DNA of 64,000 nucleotides. Source: Octopus vulgaris (lineage: Eukaryota). A model generated the notes under the pieces. That model did no database searches, had not been told where the DNA came from, and saw only the letters and a list, made by a program, of their open reading frames with translations. The position numbers were made by a program, and so were the translations under genes. The stretch covers positions 24,180,001-24,244,000 of the forward strand of contig OX597837.1 of assembly GCA_951406725.2 (NCBI GenBank). Reading direction: 5' to 3'. This document shows positions 40,067-53,360 of this stretch, piece after piece (position 1 is the stretch's first letter; each line of letters begins with the position of its first letter).

Positions 40067-40551
40067 CCAAAAATACGGGAGAATAACGTAACGGATGACA
40101 ACAAAAACATACGGACAGATACAAAGACAGACAAGAAAACTACGATGGATCATTCGTGGCTCTCTATTTATCAGTCAAGCTTCCAATTATCATTACAGTT
40201 TCGGTCTGTTACACTTGAGGCCGTTCAAAATTGGTAGGTCCCAAAAATCTGAGCTGATGGCATTACATTTTTGGAAGAAAGCAAACGAATGTGTACGACA
40301 ACACAGACAAAAAACGAGAAAACAGGGGAAATGTTACACGATTACAAATACAAACAAGAGAATAACAACAGGTGTCTTTCGACTAATAAAGACGAATCAA
40401 GTTGAGCTGGCGTGTGGAGTGAAAGCCTTGAGGCACAAACATAGATGAAGTCAGGAGACAGGAAAATAAGGTGTTGTTCGGGTGATGGCCAAACCAAGAA
40501 AGAAAGATCATGCTTAGCCGAACACCATTACATTTTTATTCCGTTTTTTTT

Positions 40552-40590
<39 letters not shown>

Positions 40591-40695
40591 TCGAATTTGT
40601 GTGAATAGGAAAAGAATAAAGTTAAAACAGTTAAAACATTATTAAAATACCATAATAAAAAACGTGAAAACCAGATCGTTTAAACTTTTATTCAA

Positions 40696-40753
<58 letters not shown>

Positions 40754-40843
40754 TAATCCAAACGGGAAAACAGAAAAAACAACAACACGTGGAACAATTA
40801 CAGTATTATTATTATTAGGCGCTCAGGAAAATGGAAGAAGGAG

Positions 40844-40902
<59 letters not shown>

Positions 40903-41066
40903 GGGTTGTATAGGAGGTTATGAGAGGTAATGTTGTCATTGAGACCCAAAGGTGTCAGGTAATGCTGAATAAGTGTTATAGATAGACCATAGTTAAGGTC
41001 CAAGTTCGGTGATGTTGTGAATAAGGGGTTCAACGTTGGTCGTATGTCAGCATGTGTATATAAAAG

Positions 41067-41645
41067 AATTTTTTCGTAATGAGATAAAAAACCAATGCTG
41101 TGTAGATTTTAGAACATTTATAGATAGTTACAGCTGTTTCCAAGATATTTATTATATCCCTTCATCGGAGACGGCGTGAGAGGATAGTTAAGTAGTAGTT
41201 AATTCAGATAAGATACAAAATAGAGAGTGAGGTGGAGGAAAGAAAATAGATGTGAGATATGTAGGGATATTGTATTTGTAGATCCATTTTTAAGGCAAAA
41301 TGGTATACATGTAAGATTCCAATACTTTATGAGTGAAATCCAACAGTATTTAAAATTGGTCATTCTAAATATCGAGTCTATACACATTATTTTCAATCAA
41401 AGGTTTTTCTTTAAAGTGACCTAGGAATAGGGAATGTATTATTATGGTCAAATCTCTTTCTTTATTCCTCTCTTCCTGTTTTCGATTTGACCATATCATA
41501 TCTAAACTAACCATCCTCTCACACCGTCTCCGATGAAGGGATATAATTAATAAATATCCTGGAAACAGCTGTAAGACCTTCTATCTATAAATGTTCCAAA
41601 ATCTGCTCAGCCTTGGGGTTTTTTTATCTCATTATGAAAAAAATT
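41067..41645. mobile_element. Penelope-like inverted pLTR pair with hammerhead motif
   Basis: Arms 41067-41190 and 41508-41645 are inverted; the plus arm has GTCT-CCGATGA-AGGGATAT..ATATCCTG-GAA-ACAGCTGT-A-AGAC (41526-41577). Confidence 0.7.
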
Positions 41646-41646
41646 T

Positions 41647-41713
<67 letters not shown>

Positions 41714-42356
41714 TGGAATTAATCTGTGGTTTTATTGCACAATACATCTCTGTTCTTAAACTACGTCTTGATAACAAATACAGCAAACACGAGGAACAAA
41801 AAATGGTTCACGTCTTACTAAGAGATTCTCTGCATCGAAAACAAAACCCTCAACTAAACATCAAACATTTATAGAAAGGAAATTCCAGATATTTTTTTTT
41901 CCTTTTCCCTGTTATTGATTAGCTTATTTCATTTCTTCAAACAACTGAATAATGTAGAAAGAACGAACGAAAGAAAGAAAGAAAGAAAGAAAGAAGGAAG
42001 GAAGGAAAGAACGGAAAATTGTACGAGAGGTATTTGTTTGAAATTCTTGCTGAATTTTATGCCAAAGGCCTCCACATTTATATCATATTGTCACGTAAAT
42101 AAATCTTTACCTGAATAAATTTTAGTTTCTCCAGCCCACATATCTTCACGGGCAGACGAGATTTTCTTCTGTCTTTTGCTAGTCTGGGTGAATTTTTTTT
42201 TTTAATTTTTTTTTTTTTGCTTTCTTTTCTGCATTTTCTTTTTTACGTTTGATTTCTTCATTTCAAAACTGCGCCATTGCAAAAAGAAAACATTGGAAAG
42301 CAATTATTTGTTTTCTATTAAATCTCTTTCTTCAATCGATTCCTCACTCACTCACT

Positions 42357-42523
<167 letters not shown>

Positions 42524-42576
42524 TCTCTTTTAATCTATCTATCTATCTATTTATCTATCTCTTTGGGGTTCTCACT

Positions 42577-42616
<40 letters not shown>

Positions 42617-42629
42617 TGTTTTCCTTGAA

Positions 42630-43290
42630 CCGGTCGGTAGGATGGTGGTCTTAGACGTAAGCAGCAAGGAAGTCAACAGGGGGACCCTTTAGATTAGGGG
42701 CAGACTATGACCAAACAGGAACTTAACGGCCAGATTTCTTTAGACGTCTAGAGACTTTCCTAGGAACATGTCGCTCGTTAGTGCTAGTGGGCGACTGGAA
42801 GGGGCCTTAGACACAAACAAAGATTATGGAGCAGTAGCAGATAGGAGAGTGGGTTGCAAAAGCCTCGCTAACTTGCTCAGGCATTTCCAACTGTATGACA
42901 GGTTCCGCCTTGATCACCCAAATACACCATTGTTGACTTGGTCAAATCACAGTAGGTAATCCAGGTCATACTTAGATAAGGTTTTTATTAAGCTAGCAGA
43001 TAGGCATAGTATAAGTTGCCTACATTTTCAGATCGTTGGCTATTCAGATCACAAATTCGGGACCTTTACAGTCAACATAGGAAAAACAACGATCAGACTA
43101 GGACCTTGTTATTGGAAAACGAACGTGTCCTTCCCGGCGCGGATAGATTTTCGGGACCGGATTAGTAGACTACTTAAACAGAAATTGACGGGAGGTCTCC
43201 TTAAAAAGGAAAATCATAGAGGCGCCAATTAGTTTTAGCAAAGAGATTGCTTTAGAGAATAACAGAATAGAAAGTAAACTAGTCTAAGTT
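42630..43290 (+). mobile_element. Tx1/L1 APE endonuclease remnant
   Basis: LVLVGDW..LYDRFRLDHP..TWSN..SYLDKVF..SDHK..GPCYWKTN motifs with stops and frameshifts. Confidence 0.85.
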
Positions 43291-43695
43291 TCATACTCTA
43301 ATACTACAATAGTCGGACGAGTCGTGTACTACCGGGCAATCATTCAGGCTCAAGATAGAACATGAATACTTTCTCAGAGAAAGCGAAAAAGAACGAGCAT
43401 GAACGAGAGAGAGTAAGTAAATGAAAGAACGAGAGAGAAGTAAATGAAAAGAGGAAACGAAAAAGGGGGAAGGGAGATAGGAATTGTTTCCCTTTGGTTC
43501 GTTAGAGTGGTTGGCCTAGTTAATTCGTCGGAGAAAGGTTAAAGTTAGTGAGACTATGCCCAATCCGGAGAGGGCAGTATTCGATAATAGAAACTTGTCG
43601 AAATGTTTGCATTTAGTGATGAACTCCGATCTAGAGTTCATTAGGTCGCCCATGGTTCATGAGACCAAGGTTCCGATTCCTGGTTGGAAATTAAG

Positions 43696-43736
<41 letters not shown>

Positions 43737-44543
43737 ATTGCGGTGGAGGTCATAACATCGCCCGCGGTATATCTGCAGTAAACCGTATAGTTGTATAGAG
43801 ACAGCTTCAGATTTCTATTTTTTCTTCCCGTTCCCACTATTTAATTTTTGATGGCGGAATGCCACATTCGCAAACAGTAGACTCCGCTTTCTTATTTCAG
43901 ACTACGTATGTGTCAAGTAACGGAAAATCTAAACGCCAGTCCTAAAATCAGGACTCCCTCAAGTAAGCCCAATATTTAGTTCATTTAGATATTATTAGCC
44001 AGAAAATACCTCTTCTGACTTAGTCCATTACCCAGAAACTAATCATATGAACCTAACTCCATCTTCCATCTACTTTTTGATCATTCACACTTCATAGAAT
44101 CCATCATTAAGCCCTGCTCCGTTACTAGATTATTCTGGTGTTTGTCCCCACCACTACTTGGCAACCGGTGTTTGTGTGTGCGTGTTTGTCCGTCCAACAT
44201 CGCTTGACAACCGATACTGGTGTGTTTATATCCCCGTGACTAAGCTGTTCAGCAAAAGTGACCGATAGAATAAAAATGAGAATTGGGGTCAATTCTTTAG
44301 ACTAAAATTCTTCAAGATGCTGCCCCGGCATCGCAGTTTTATTTGATTTTACTTAACTCTCTTTTATTTGTTTCAGTCATTTGACTCCGGCCTTTAGTCG
44401 AGCAACTCGACCCCAGAACTTATTCTTTGTAAGCCTAGTACTTATTCTATCGGTCTCTTTCACCGAACCGCTAGTTTACGGGGATATAAACACACCAGCA
44501 TCGGTTGTCAAGCGATGTTGGGGGGACAAACACACACACACAA

Positions 44544-44576
<33 letters not shown>

Positions 44577-44608
44577 TATATATATATATATATGTATATA
44601 TATATGTG

Positions 44609-44676
<68 letters not shown>

Positions 44677-44679
<3 letters not shown>

Positions 44680-45006
44680 TCAGTGGTTAGAGCGTCGAGC
44701 TTACGATCGTAAGGTTGTGAGCTCGAATCCCGGACCGGGCTGCGTGTTGCGTTCTTGAGCAAGACACTTTATTTCACGTTGCTCCAGTTCACTCAGCTGT
44801 AGAAATGAGTTGCGACGTCACAGGTGCCAAGCTGTATCGACCTTTGTCTTTCCCTTGGATAACACTGGTGGCGTGGAGAGGGGAGGCTGGTATGCATGGG
44901 CAACTGCTGCTCTTCCATAAACAACCTTGCCCAGACTTGTGCCTAGGAGGGTAACTCTCTAGGTGCAAACCCATGGTCACTCATGACCGAAGGGGGTCTT
45001 TACCCC
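44677..45006 (+). mobile_element. SINE family D
   Basis: GCTCAGTGGTTAGAGCG head; TTCTTGAGCAAGACACTTTATTTCACGTTGCTCCAG core. Confidence 0.85.
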
Positions 45007-45095
<89 letters not shown>

Positions 45096-45497
45096 CGACG
45101 GGCTTCTTTCAGTTTCCGTCTACCAAATCTACTCACAAAGCTTTGTTCGGCCTGTGGCTATTTGCCCAAAGTACCATGCAGAGGGACGGAACCCGGAACC
45201 ATGTGGTTGGTACGTAAGCTACTTACCACACAGCCACTCCTGTGATATATATTGAATCATATATCATTCATCTATTCTTTTGTTTGTTTCAGTCATTAGA
45301 CTGCGGCCATGCTGGGGCACCACCTTGGAGAAATTTTTAGTCGAATTAATCGACCGCTAGTGCTTATTTTTTAAGCCTGGTACTTGTCCTATTGTTTCCT
45401 CTTGCTGAATCGATAGGTTACGGGGACGTAAACACACCAGCACCGGATGTCAAGCGGTGGAGGGGACAAACACAGAGACACACACATATAGATACAC

Positions 45498-45542
<45 letters not shown>

Positions 45543-46089
45543 AATGACTTATATATTTATATTTCGATATCGAATGGAAAATCTTCTCTAAATCCAGACT
45601 ATGTTAGCGCATCAAAAATGTTCAATGCGATCGCTTGAAATACTGTATCGTATATACAAATTCGAGGAACGAGATCTTTCTTGATGTCCATATTTCAAAA
45701 AATACATCTTGTCGGAATTTAAAACTAGACCACCGGACATTTAGTAAACCATTAACATCTGGTTTAGGTCTGCTTTGACATCGAATTGTTGTAACGTTGG
45801 TTATCTCCCTTGTGTGTTCCCTTTTTTTTTCTTTTTTATTTCTTTTTTTATCTGTTTTCTTTACAAGTGTCTCTTGCTTGAACGTTATCAGCTCAAAAGA
45901 CAACTGACGAACGATTTTGCTTCCAGCTTGATTAACGGCGGAATAAATTATTATTTCAACCAGGAAACCCTGGGTAACTATATTTGTGGACTTTAATTTA
46001 AGATTATATATGAATACATACATACATACATACATACATACATACATACATACATACATACATACATACATACATACATACATACATAC

Positions 46090-46611
46090 ATGATGATGGC
46101 CGTCCACTCGTGACCGAGGAAGACCATTGCCGACCTTCAGGAACATTGTGCGCCCTAGGACTAACTTATATTTTGCATTTGCGGCTCCGTTGGTGGCTAA
46201 TGAGCCCTGCTCTTGACAAGCATACACGACTGCAAACATTGCAGACCAAGCTTTCCCCATTCACTATACGAGCCGTGCGCTTTCGTGCAGCTCGCTTAAG
46301 TTCTTCATGCTGGATACGTGCTCTCTCAAAAGTGTCGGTCCCCTCCTTAACCTGCTTCCTCCATCTGTGGCGATGACAGGCATTGTTCTCCCAGTCAGTG
46401 TCCTGCATATCACAGGCCTTTAATGAGGACTTGACATAGTCCTTAAATCGCAGCTTTGGTTTCTATCAGAGTCTCCTTCCATTCACAAGTTCTCCATAGA
46501 GCATCTGCTTAGGAATAATCCTTCTATCCTACTCATGAATTGCAGTTCCGCTTCTTGCAGGGCATTTGGACTCAGCATTAGCCTGGACAAGACTGTTGTA
46601 ATGTTCCAGCC
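46090..46611 (-). mobile_element. RTE-clade LINE 3' end with an inverted 5' piece
   Basis: Minus strand KQMLYGEL..KPKLRFKD..WE..A..R.RWR..CNVCSRVCLSRAGLISHQR; plus-strand RT piece AFGLSISLDKTVVM at 46532-46611; (CATA)n on both flanks. Confidence 0.85.
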
Positions 46612-47270
46612 TACATACATACATACATACATACATACATACATACAGGTAACTGTATGCATATTTTATGACTTAATTAATGATAACAAGGAATACTCTA
46701 TTCACTCAATACCTTATTTACCGTGGCAAACTGTATTTACATTCGGTTTACCATAAGCAATCATTTTTATCACTCGTGGATTTTCTATGGCAAGCCTCTA
46801 AGATATTTAATGGAGTTCAGTGGCTTACTAGAAATTCTCTTGCTCAATTTTTAATCTATTATTTCACTTTCGGCGTTTATTATGTCTTATCGCTTAATCC
46901 ATAGACGACCCAGGAAGAGCCATTATATAAGAGCTGCGCTTAGGGCGTTAGTTGGCCTTAATCCGGTCTTGCGTGAGACTGATTAGTTTAAACGCATAAC
47001 AGGATTGTATAGTAGCAGACAATAGCTTTTGATGCGCATGTCAGGAGAGGAACGATCACAGAAGAGAGAGAGCGAGACAAAGAGGAAGAGAGAGGGGGAG
47101 AGAGAGAAAGATGGGGAGAGAGGGAAATGGAGACAAATTGCAAAATTGTACCAATAGATAATATTTTTCAAAATATTATGCATTTAAAACTAAACAGCAA
47201 TGAGCTAATATCAAGTAAACTATTATATTTACTTATAACAGTGGCAACAGAAAAAATACGAACTTTAAAC

Positions 47271-47351
<81 letters not shown>

Positions 47352-47419
47352 GGATGGATGGATAGATGGATGGGTAGGTAGGTAGGTAGGTAGGTAGGTA
47401 GGCAGGTAGATAAATAGAT

Positions 47420-48367
47420 AACTTTCTTTATTGACCACACAGGGTTGGACACAGAGGGGACAATTACAAATGTACAGCTTTTCTTTTCAGAGGTGGAAAA
47501 GGAAAAAGAAGAAAAAAGGAAACAAATGTAAAATTTCGATCAAAAGGGATCGGAAGAAAAAAAAGCGATCAAAAGGGATCGTGTATCACAGAAAGAAAAA
47601 AAAAATTTTTCTTTCAAAGTAACAAACAAGATTAGGTTCACCCGTGGAAAGAAAAGCCTACAGAAAAGACCACGGTAACCTCAGGCAGGAAGGAAAAAAA
47701 CACATGAGAGCAAAGTGCTCTCTCTCTCTCTTTTACGATTTACAGGATCATGCTCAAAGTGGTTTCATCACTCGCACGCACCATCTTTGCTACATTCACC
47801 CACCTTTTTTTGAAAGTTTCACGAGACAAAACCTGCCTTTCCATTCTCACCTTCCTTTTCAAGTGGTACTTGAAAAAATTGATGAGCGATTGGCCAGAGA
47901 GGCAAGTAATTGTCACTAATCCTTTCGCTCGAGTCCACCACACACATTCTTTCACCATAGCCACCAGTAGGATGAAAACTGCTTTGCCTTCCCGGTTGAA
48001 GGTGCCAATCTCAATGTAGACTCGGCCGACAGGCGGACTCGTTCCACACGCGACAGCAGCCGTTCGGCATAAGCCCACAGGTCCGAAATGGATGGACACT
48101 GCACGAGTGCGTGCAGAACGGTTTCGTCGCTCTGACCGCATCTCGGGCAAGTCGGTCCAGTGTGTCTCGAACCGTGCCTGTAGAGCTTATCCCGAACAGG
48201 TAATGCTTCTCGATAGCACTGCCAGGCCAGAGATCTTTGGTGATTGTCCATAAATCCCGGCCCGAAAGTTGTCCTGAACAGGCGGGTCAGGTGTCTCTCG
48301 TCGACGCCCAGATTCTGCCCGAGAACGTCGTCGCACCTCCCCTCCACTAATCCTCTATAGAACACCT
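47420..48367 (-). mobile_element. 5'-truncated Tx1-clade LINE inserted in (GATA)n
   Basis: Zinc knuckle CPRCGQSDETVLHALVQC; 3' UTR ending AATAAAGAAAGTT; GATA repeats on both sides. Confidence 0.9.
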
Positions 48368-48449
<82 letters not shown>

Positions 48450-48904
48450 TCTTTTATCTTTTATTTATTTCAATCATTAAACTGCGGCCATGCTGGAGCA
48501 CCGCCTCGAATAATTATTTGGTCGAATGAATTGATCCCATTAATTATTATTTTTAAGCTTGGCGCTTATTCTATCGACCAATTTTGCCGAACCGTTAACT
48601 AATGGGGACACATAATCACACCAATACTGATTGTCAAGCTGTGAAGTGAGGTACAAATCATTTCATAATTTTCACATTAGCATTTTGCTAAATCAAGTCA
48701 CAAATTTATATGGTAAATATATATACTTACAGTCGGGATTTAGCTAAACCATCCAGCGACGGAGTAGTCAATACTGATGAGCTTGTAATTTTCAAACGAA
48801 ACTATAGTATAGTGATCTCGCTTGCTTTGAGGCGGTTATGTCCCCCGTCAGTATATGGAAATGTTTTTTCCTGCGGGTGTAAGGGCTTTTTAACTCTTAT
48901 TTCT

Positions 48905-49320
48905 TATTTCCTTATTGCCCACAAGGGGCTAAACATAGAGGGGACAAACAAGGACAGACAAACGGATTAAGTCGATACATCGACCCCAGTGCGTAATTGG
49001 TACTTAATTTATCGATCCCGACAGGATGAAAGGCAAAGTCGACCTCGGCGGAATTTGAACTCAGAACGTAACAGCAGATGAAATATCTATTTCTTTACTA
49101 CCCATAAGAGGCTAAACACAGAGGGGACAAACAAGGACAGACAAACGGATTAAGTCGATTATATCGACCCCAGTGCGTAATTGGTACTTAATTTATCGAT
49201 CCCGAAAGGATGAAAGGTAAAGTCGACCTCGGCGGAATTTGAACTCAGAACGTAACGGCAGACGAAATACGGCTACACATTTCGCCCGGCGTGCTAACGT
49301 TTCTGCCAGCTCGCTGCCTT
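48905..49320 (-). mobile_element. SINE family B dimer
   Basis: Two tandem units with a junction GAAATATCTATTTCTTTA at about 49080; TTTTTAACTCTTATTTC on both flanks. Confidence 0.85.
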
Positions 49321-50206
49321 AACTCTTTTTTAACTCTTATTTCTAGCAATGTAGGTGCTACTTTGCACCATCAGTCACAACTAGTAACAAGTGAATTGTA
49401 TATATGTATGTGTGTATGTGTGTGCGTGTGTGTATGTATGTATGTATGTATGTATGTATGTATGTATGTATGTATGTATATAGCAGAGGCGACTCCAAGT
49501 CATCAGCATCACTTGGGCTCATCACAGATTTCGCATAAGACATGCCTGCTCGAAGAATTTCGCGTTTTTCCGCTTTCTTTCTAGCACCAAATGGCTTTTT
49601 TGGTGGGGGAGGGTTATATCTTGCACTATGTCTTTCTCCATTTCTAGTTAAGAGTAAAAATAAAGCAGCCCTGCAAGACTCAACTGATATTTACACACAG
49701 ACGTACAGAACAACAGCAATCAAATAACGACAGCAGAGTGTGCAACAAATATCAGCGATCTGACTGTCGTCTGTACTCTTGACAAGAGTTAGTCTTTTAC
49801 ATCTACCACGTTCATTCGTATTAGCTCGAGTTGCTGGATAATTTTGCGTTCCTTTAAGAATATTGTGGAACGAAAACTTTTCATGGATTGGAATTTAAAT
49901 CCTAATCTCAATAGAAATTTATTGCTTCAAGAAAACATTGAATTTGAATTACTTTTAATAACGATGTCGAGAGAACGTTTGCCTCAAATGATATTTTTTG
50001 ACAAAGGGCACCTCTAATATGACTGCCAGACGCTGATCAAAAATAAAGGAACTGCGACCAGGCTCAATAGAAGGAGCCCGAGTTATTGGCTGCAATTACA
50101 TAATTGAAGTCAGTGTTGGCAGAAATTAAAATCAACCTGCAAATACGCGTTCACTTTCCTAAATTTATACTTGGGCTAAGCCCGAACAGCCCGAGTGCTG
50201 TATATA

Positions 50207-50235
<29 letters not shown>

Positions 50236-50240
<5 letters not shown>

Positions 50241-50562
50241 TCAAAATAAAAACATGATGCCAAGGATTCAGCGGTACATATGTTTCGGGCCTTTATTAGA
50301 CGGATTTATAACAATGCATAATGTGCGTCTGTGGCCTTCTTCAGCCGCGCACAACTACTTCTTGTTGTGCGCGGCTGAAGAAGGCCACAGACGCACATTA
50401 TGCATTGTTATAAATCCGTCTAATAAAGGCCCGAAACATATGTACCGCTGAATCCTTGGCATCATGTTTTTATTTTGATTAATTTACTCCACCACCTACA
50501 CCACCAAACGGTATATACAGGTGCTTACAATTATCAAGTACTCACCCCGAATTTCTGTACAC

Positions 50563-50566
<4 letters not shown>
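50236..50566 (+). mobile_element. Penelope-like fold-back element: perfect 120-bp hairpin with a hammerhead in each arm
   Basis: 50236-50355 is the exact reverse complement of 50364-50483 (8-nt loop); (TA)n on both sides. Confidence 0.8.
50371..50448 (+). ncRNA. Type I hammerhead ribozyme motif
   Basis: GCGG-CUGAAGA-AGGCC..GGCCC-GAA-ACAUAUGU-A/CCGC: stem I GCGG:CCGC, palindromic ACAUAUGU, GUA triplet. Mirror copy on the minus strand at 50271-50348. Confidence 0.75.
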
Positions 50567-50609
<43 letters not shown>

Positions 50610-50610
<1 letters not shown>

Positions 50611-52034
50611 TAGCAAATGCACCCGTCCTTTGGACGGTTTAAGTTCTTTTGGTGGTATTTTTTTCACCAAATAATTGAACTATTGAGAAGATTTATGAGT
50701 AGCACGGCAATCTATATTTCCGATTAACCTAGGAACGGAAAATGAAATTGAAGGTTGGTTATTGTGGAGGTCGTTGCACTTTGATTATCATAGAACATAT
50801 AAGTTTGCAAGCGATGCAAAGTAGAGTTACTGAAGTGTTTTGGGAGTAGATTACGGATAATGACTACAAAATATAGTTGTTTTACATGAAAGCGAAATTT
50901 CTTGTCAGAAACAGCCACATAAATGATGTAATGGGCGGAGTTATGATGTAAGCATGTGCTAAAACCCTTCATAACTTTTTTATTTTTATGAAATTTTATA
51001 GAATTTTTTCAATTCTGTCTTCTGCATTATGGAATTAATACGATTATGCAAAAAAGAAAAAAAACATTTTTTTTAAATTCCCACCCTGCCTCAATTTTTT
51101 TTAATTCATGATTTTATAATACAGATAGTCCGAATCTACAATTCGTTTCTCTTTATAATTTCCAAATAATTTTTTGATACTTTTATGGAAAAAAAGTCAA
51201 TTGACGGTCTTCAAACTTTTCCACATAATCCTGAACTTTATATATGAAATGCCAGTGACATGCGGCATGTCCATCAACACTATTAGCAGACGGACAGCCG
51301 TACAGTGGTGCAACATTAGTCCAAGTAGACGAAATCTTCTTTTTAAGAGGAAAAATGAAATTGGAAGAGTGGTGAAGAAGTTTTGAATAAAAATTAAGAT
51401 GTTATGAGGTTTTAGCACGTGCCTACATCATAACTCCACCGTGTAATGAAATTGAAGGAATACGTTGAAACTTTCTCTCCGCAAGTTTATTTTTTTCAAC
51501 AGCAAAGGGAGTTGTTTTTTTCGGAGAGATAAGCTACTAAATGCCCCTTTATTCTGTCTTCCCATATAGCTTGCGCATAAACAAGCAGCAAATGTTGCAT
51601 AAAGTCAAATTGGTATAGAGCTTTCTGAAAGATACATATAGCTTTCGCTAGTAGAAGCATTATTCTTATTTAAAGGTTGATTCTTTGGAACGAATTAAAT
51701 GTAATTGTTTATAAAAGGCTTTAACGACAATGCTAAAACGTATTTTAAACAATGGACAACAGTCGAAATATCATAATGGATGGGTAAATAAGCATCCCTA
51801 AAGTGAAAGAGCGATATCATAGGTAAACAAAAGTATCAAGAAATAGGAGAGAGGGAAGGGAACATCACCTTTCAAGTAACTCAGAATAGGTAAAGTTTAA
51901 TGCGGTTTAAATATGTAGACTAAGATAGTTTGGCATTGGATATTCATCGCGTAGTGTTCCTAGTCAATTGAATCACCGTCATAGGTGGACAGCAGAAATA
52001 AATAGGCAAAATCCTTTCACTTTTATAAAAACGA
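50610..52034 (-). mobile_element. Non-autonomous Helitron (probable)
   Basis: 3' CTAG at 50610-50613 with hairpin CCGTCC-TTT-GGACGG; candidate 5' end A|TCGTTTTTATAAAAGTGAAAG at 52034. Confidence 0.55.
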
Positions 52035-52266
52035 TTAAAATGGCATGGGAGAAGTAAGTCGATTACCTCGACCTTAGTGCTATACTGATATTTATTTTAT
52101 CGACACCGAAAAGATGAAAGGTAAGGTCGACCTCGGCGGAATTTGAACTCAGGACGTAAAGTCGAGTGAAATGCCGCTAAGCATTTTACCCAGCGTGCTA
52201 ACGATTCTGCCACTCGCCGCCTTCACCGTGTCATAACTAGTAACGTCGCCGTTGCACAGTAAAATT

Positions 52267-52605
52267 GAGACCCCCTTCGGTCACGGCACTGACCATAGGA
52301 TTGCACCTAGAAAATTACCCTCCCAGGCACAAGTCCGGGCAAGGTTGTTTATGGAAGACTAGCAGTCGCCCATGCATACCGGCCTCCTCTCTCCATGTCA
52401 CCAGTATTATCCAAAGGAAAGGCAAGGGCCGATACAGCTTGGCACCAGTGACGTCGCAACTCATTTCTACAGCTGAGTGAACTGGAGCAGTTTGAAATAA
52501 AGTGTCTTGCTCAAGAACACAACACGCAGCCCGGTCCAAGATTCGAGCTTACAACCTCACGATCGTAAGCTCAACGCTCTAACCACTGAGCCATGCGCCT
52601 TCACT
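52267..52605 (-). mobile_element. SINE family D, full length
   Basis: 11-bp TSD ACAGTAAAATT (52256-52266, 52606-52616). Confidence 0.9.
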
Positions 52606-52725
52606 ACAGTAAAATTAAAGTCTGTCATATTCACTAAAATACGTGCAGTGTCACTTATCTTGTAACATCATCATTGTACAATAAACCTGACCTTTTTCCC
52701 GCATACACCACAATACAGAGAGAGT

Positions 52726-52855
52726 CATCATCATCATCATTGTTCGACCGTGGTCGAGACAATGGAATTTACCATGCTACGCCAGACTTCACGGTCCATC
52801 ATAGCATTATGGAGGTCCTGTTGCTTGATGCCTTTATCCCTGGAGATTGCATTGA
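52726..52855 (-). mobile_element. RTE-like LINE 3' tip with (ATG)n tail
   Basis: ISRDKGIKQQDLHNAMMDREVWRSMV; AGAGTCAT on both flanks. Confidence 0.7.
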
Positions 52856-53360
52856 AAGAGTCATAACTGATACCATCACATCTGAACAGTGAAATTGATC
52901 TGTTTCAGGTATCCACTGCAATACAAGCTATTGTGTCATGGCTAGCAACATCATTATTCTTACTAAAAACTGACCGTTCTCACACATCGACCAAGCTACA
53001 TGCTGTATTTCATGCTACAATAAAACCCATCTGCTTTACATATATAAAAAAAGGCCCAATGGCAGTGGGGCTGAACCCGGAACCATGTAGTTTTAGGGAG
53101 CAAGCGTCGTACCGTCTTGGTTTTTAACATCAACATTGTACAGTTCAAATGACTTTGTTTACGTGTACAAGACAATACAGAAGGTTTATGGCTGATAACA
53201 ATACCATTGTACAGAAAAAAGTGGTCTATCTCACATATCCATGACAATGCACGGAGAGTGATATGGCTGGCTACATGGTCACTGTACAGAAAAAACTGAT
53301 CTGTTTCACGTATCTACCGCGATACTAACAATGTGTCATAATTGGAAACACAACCATTAC

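Noticed and set aside
49480-49735. Possible LINE ORF1 remnant (ARKKAE..SYAKSV)
   Set aside because: Similarity is too short to support a call.
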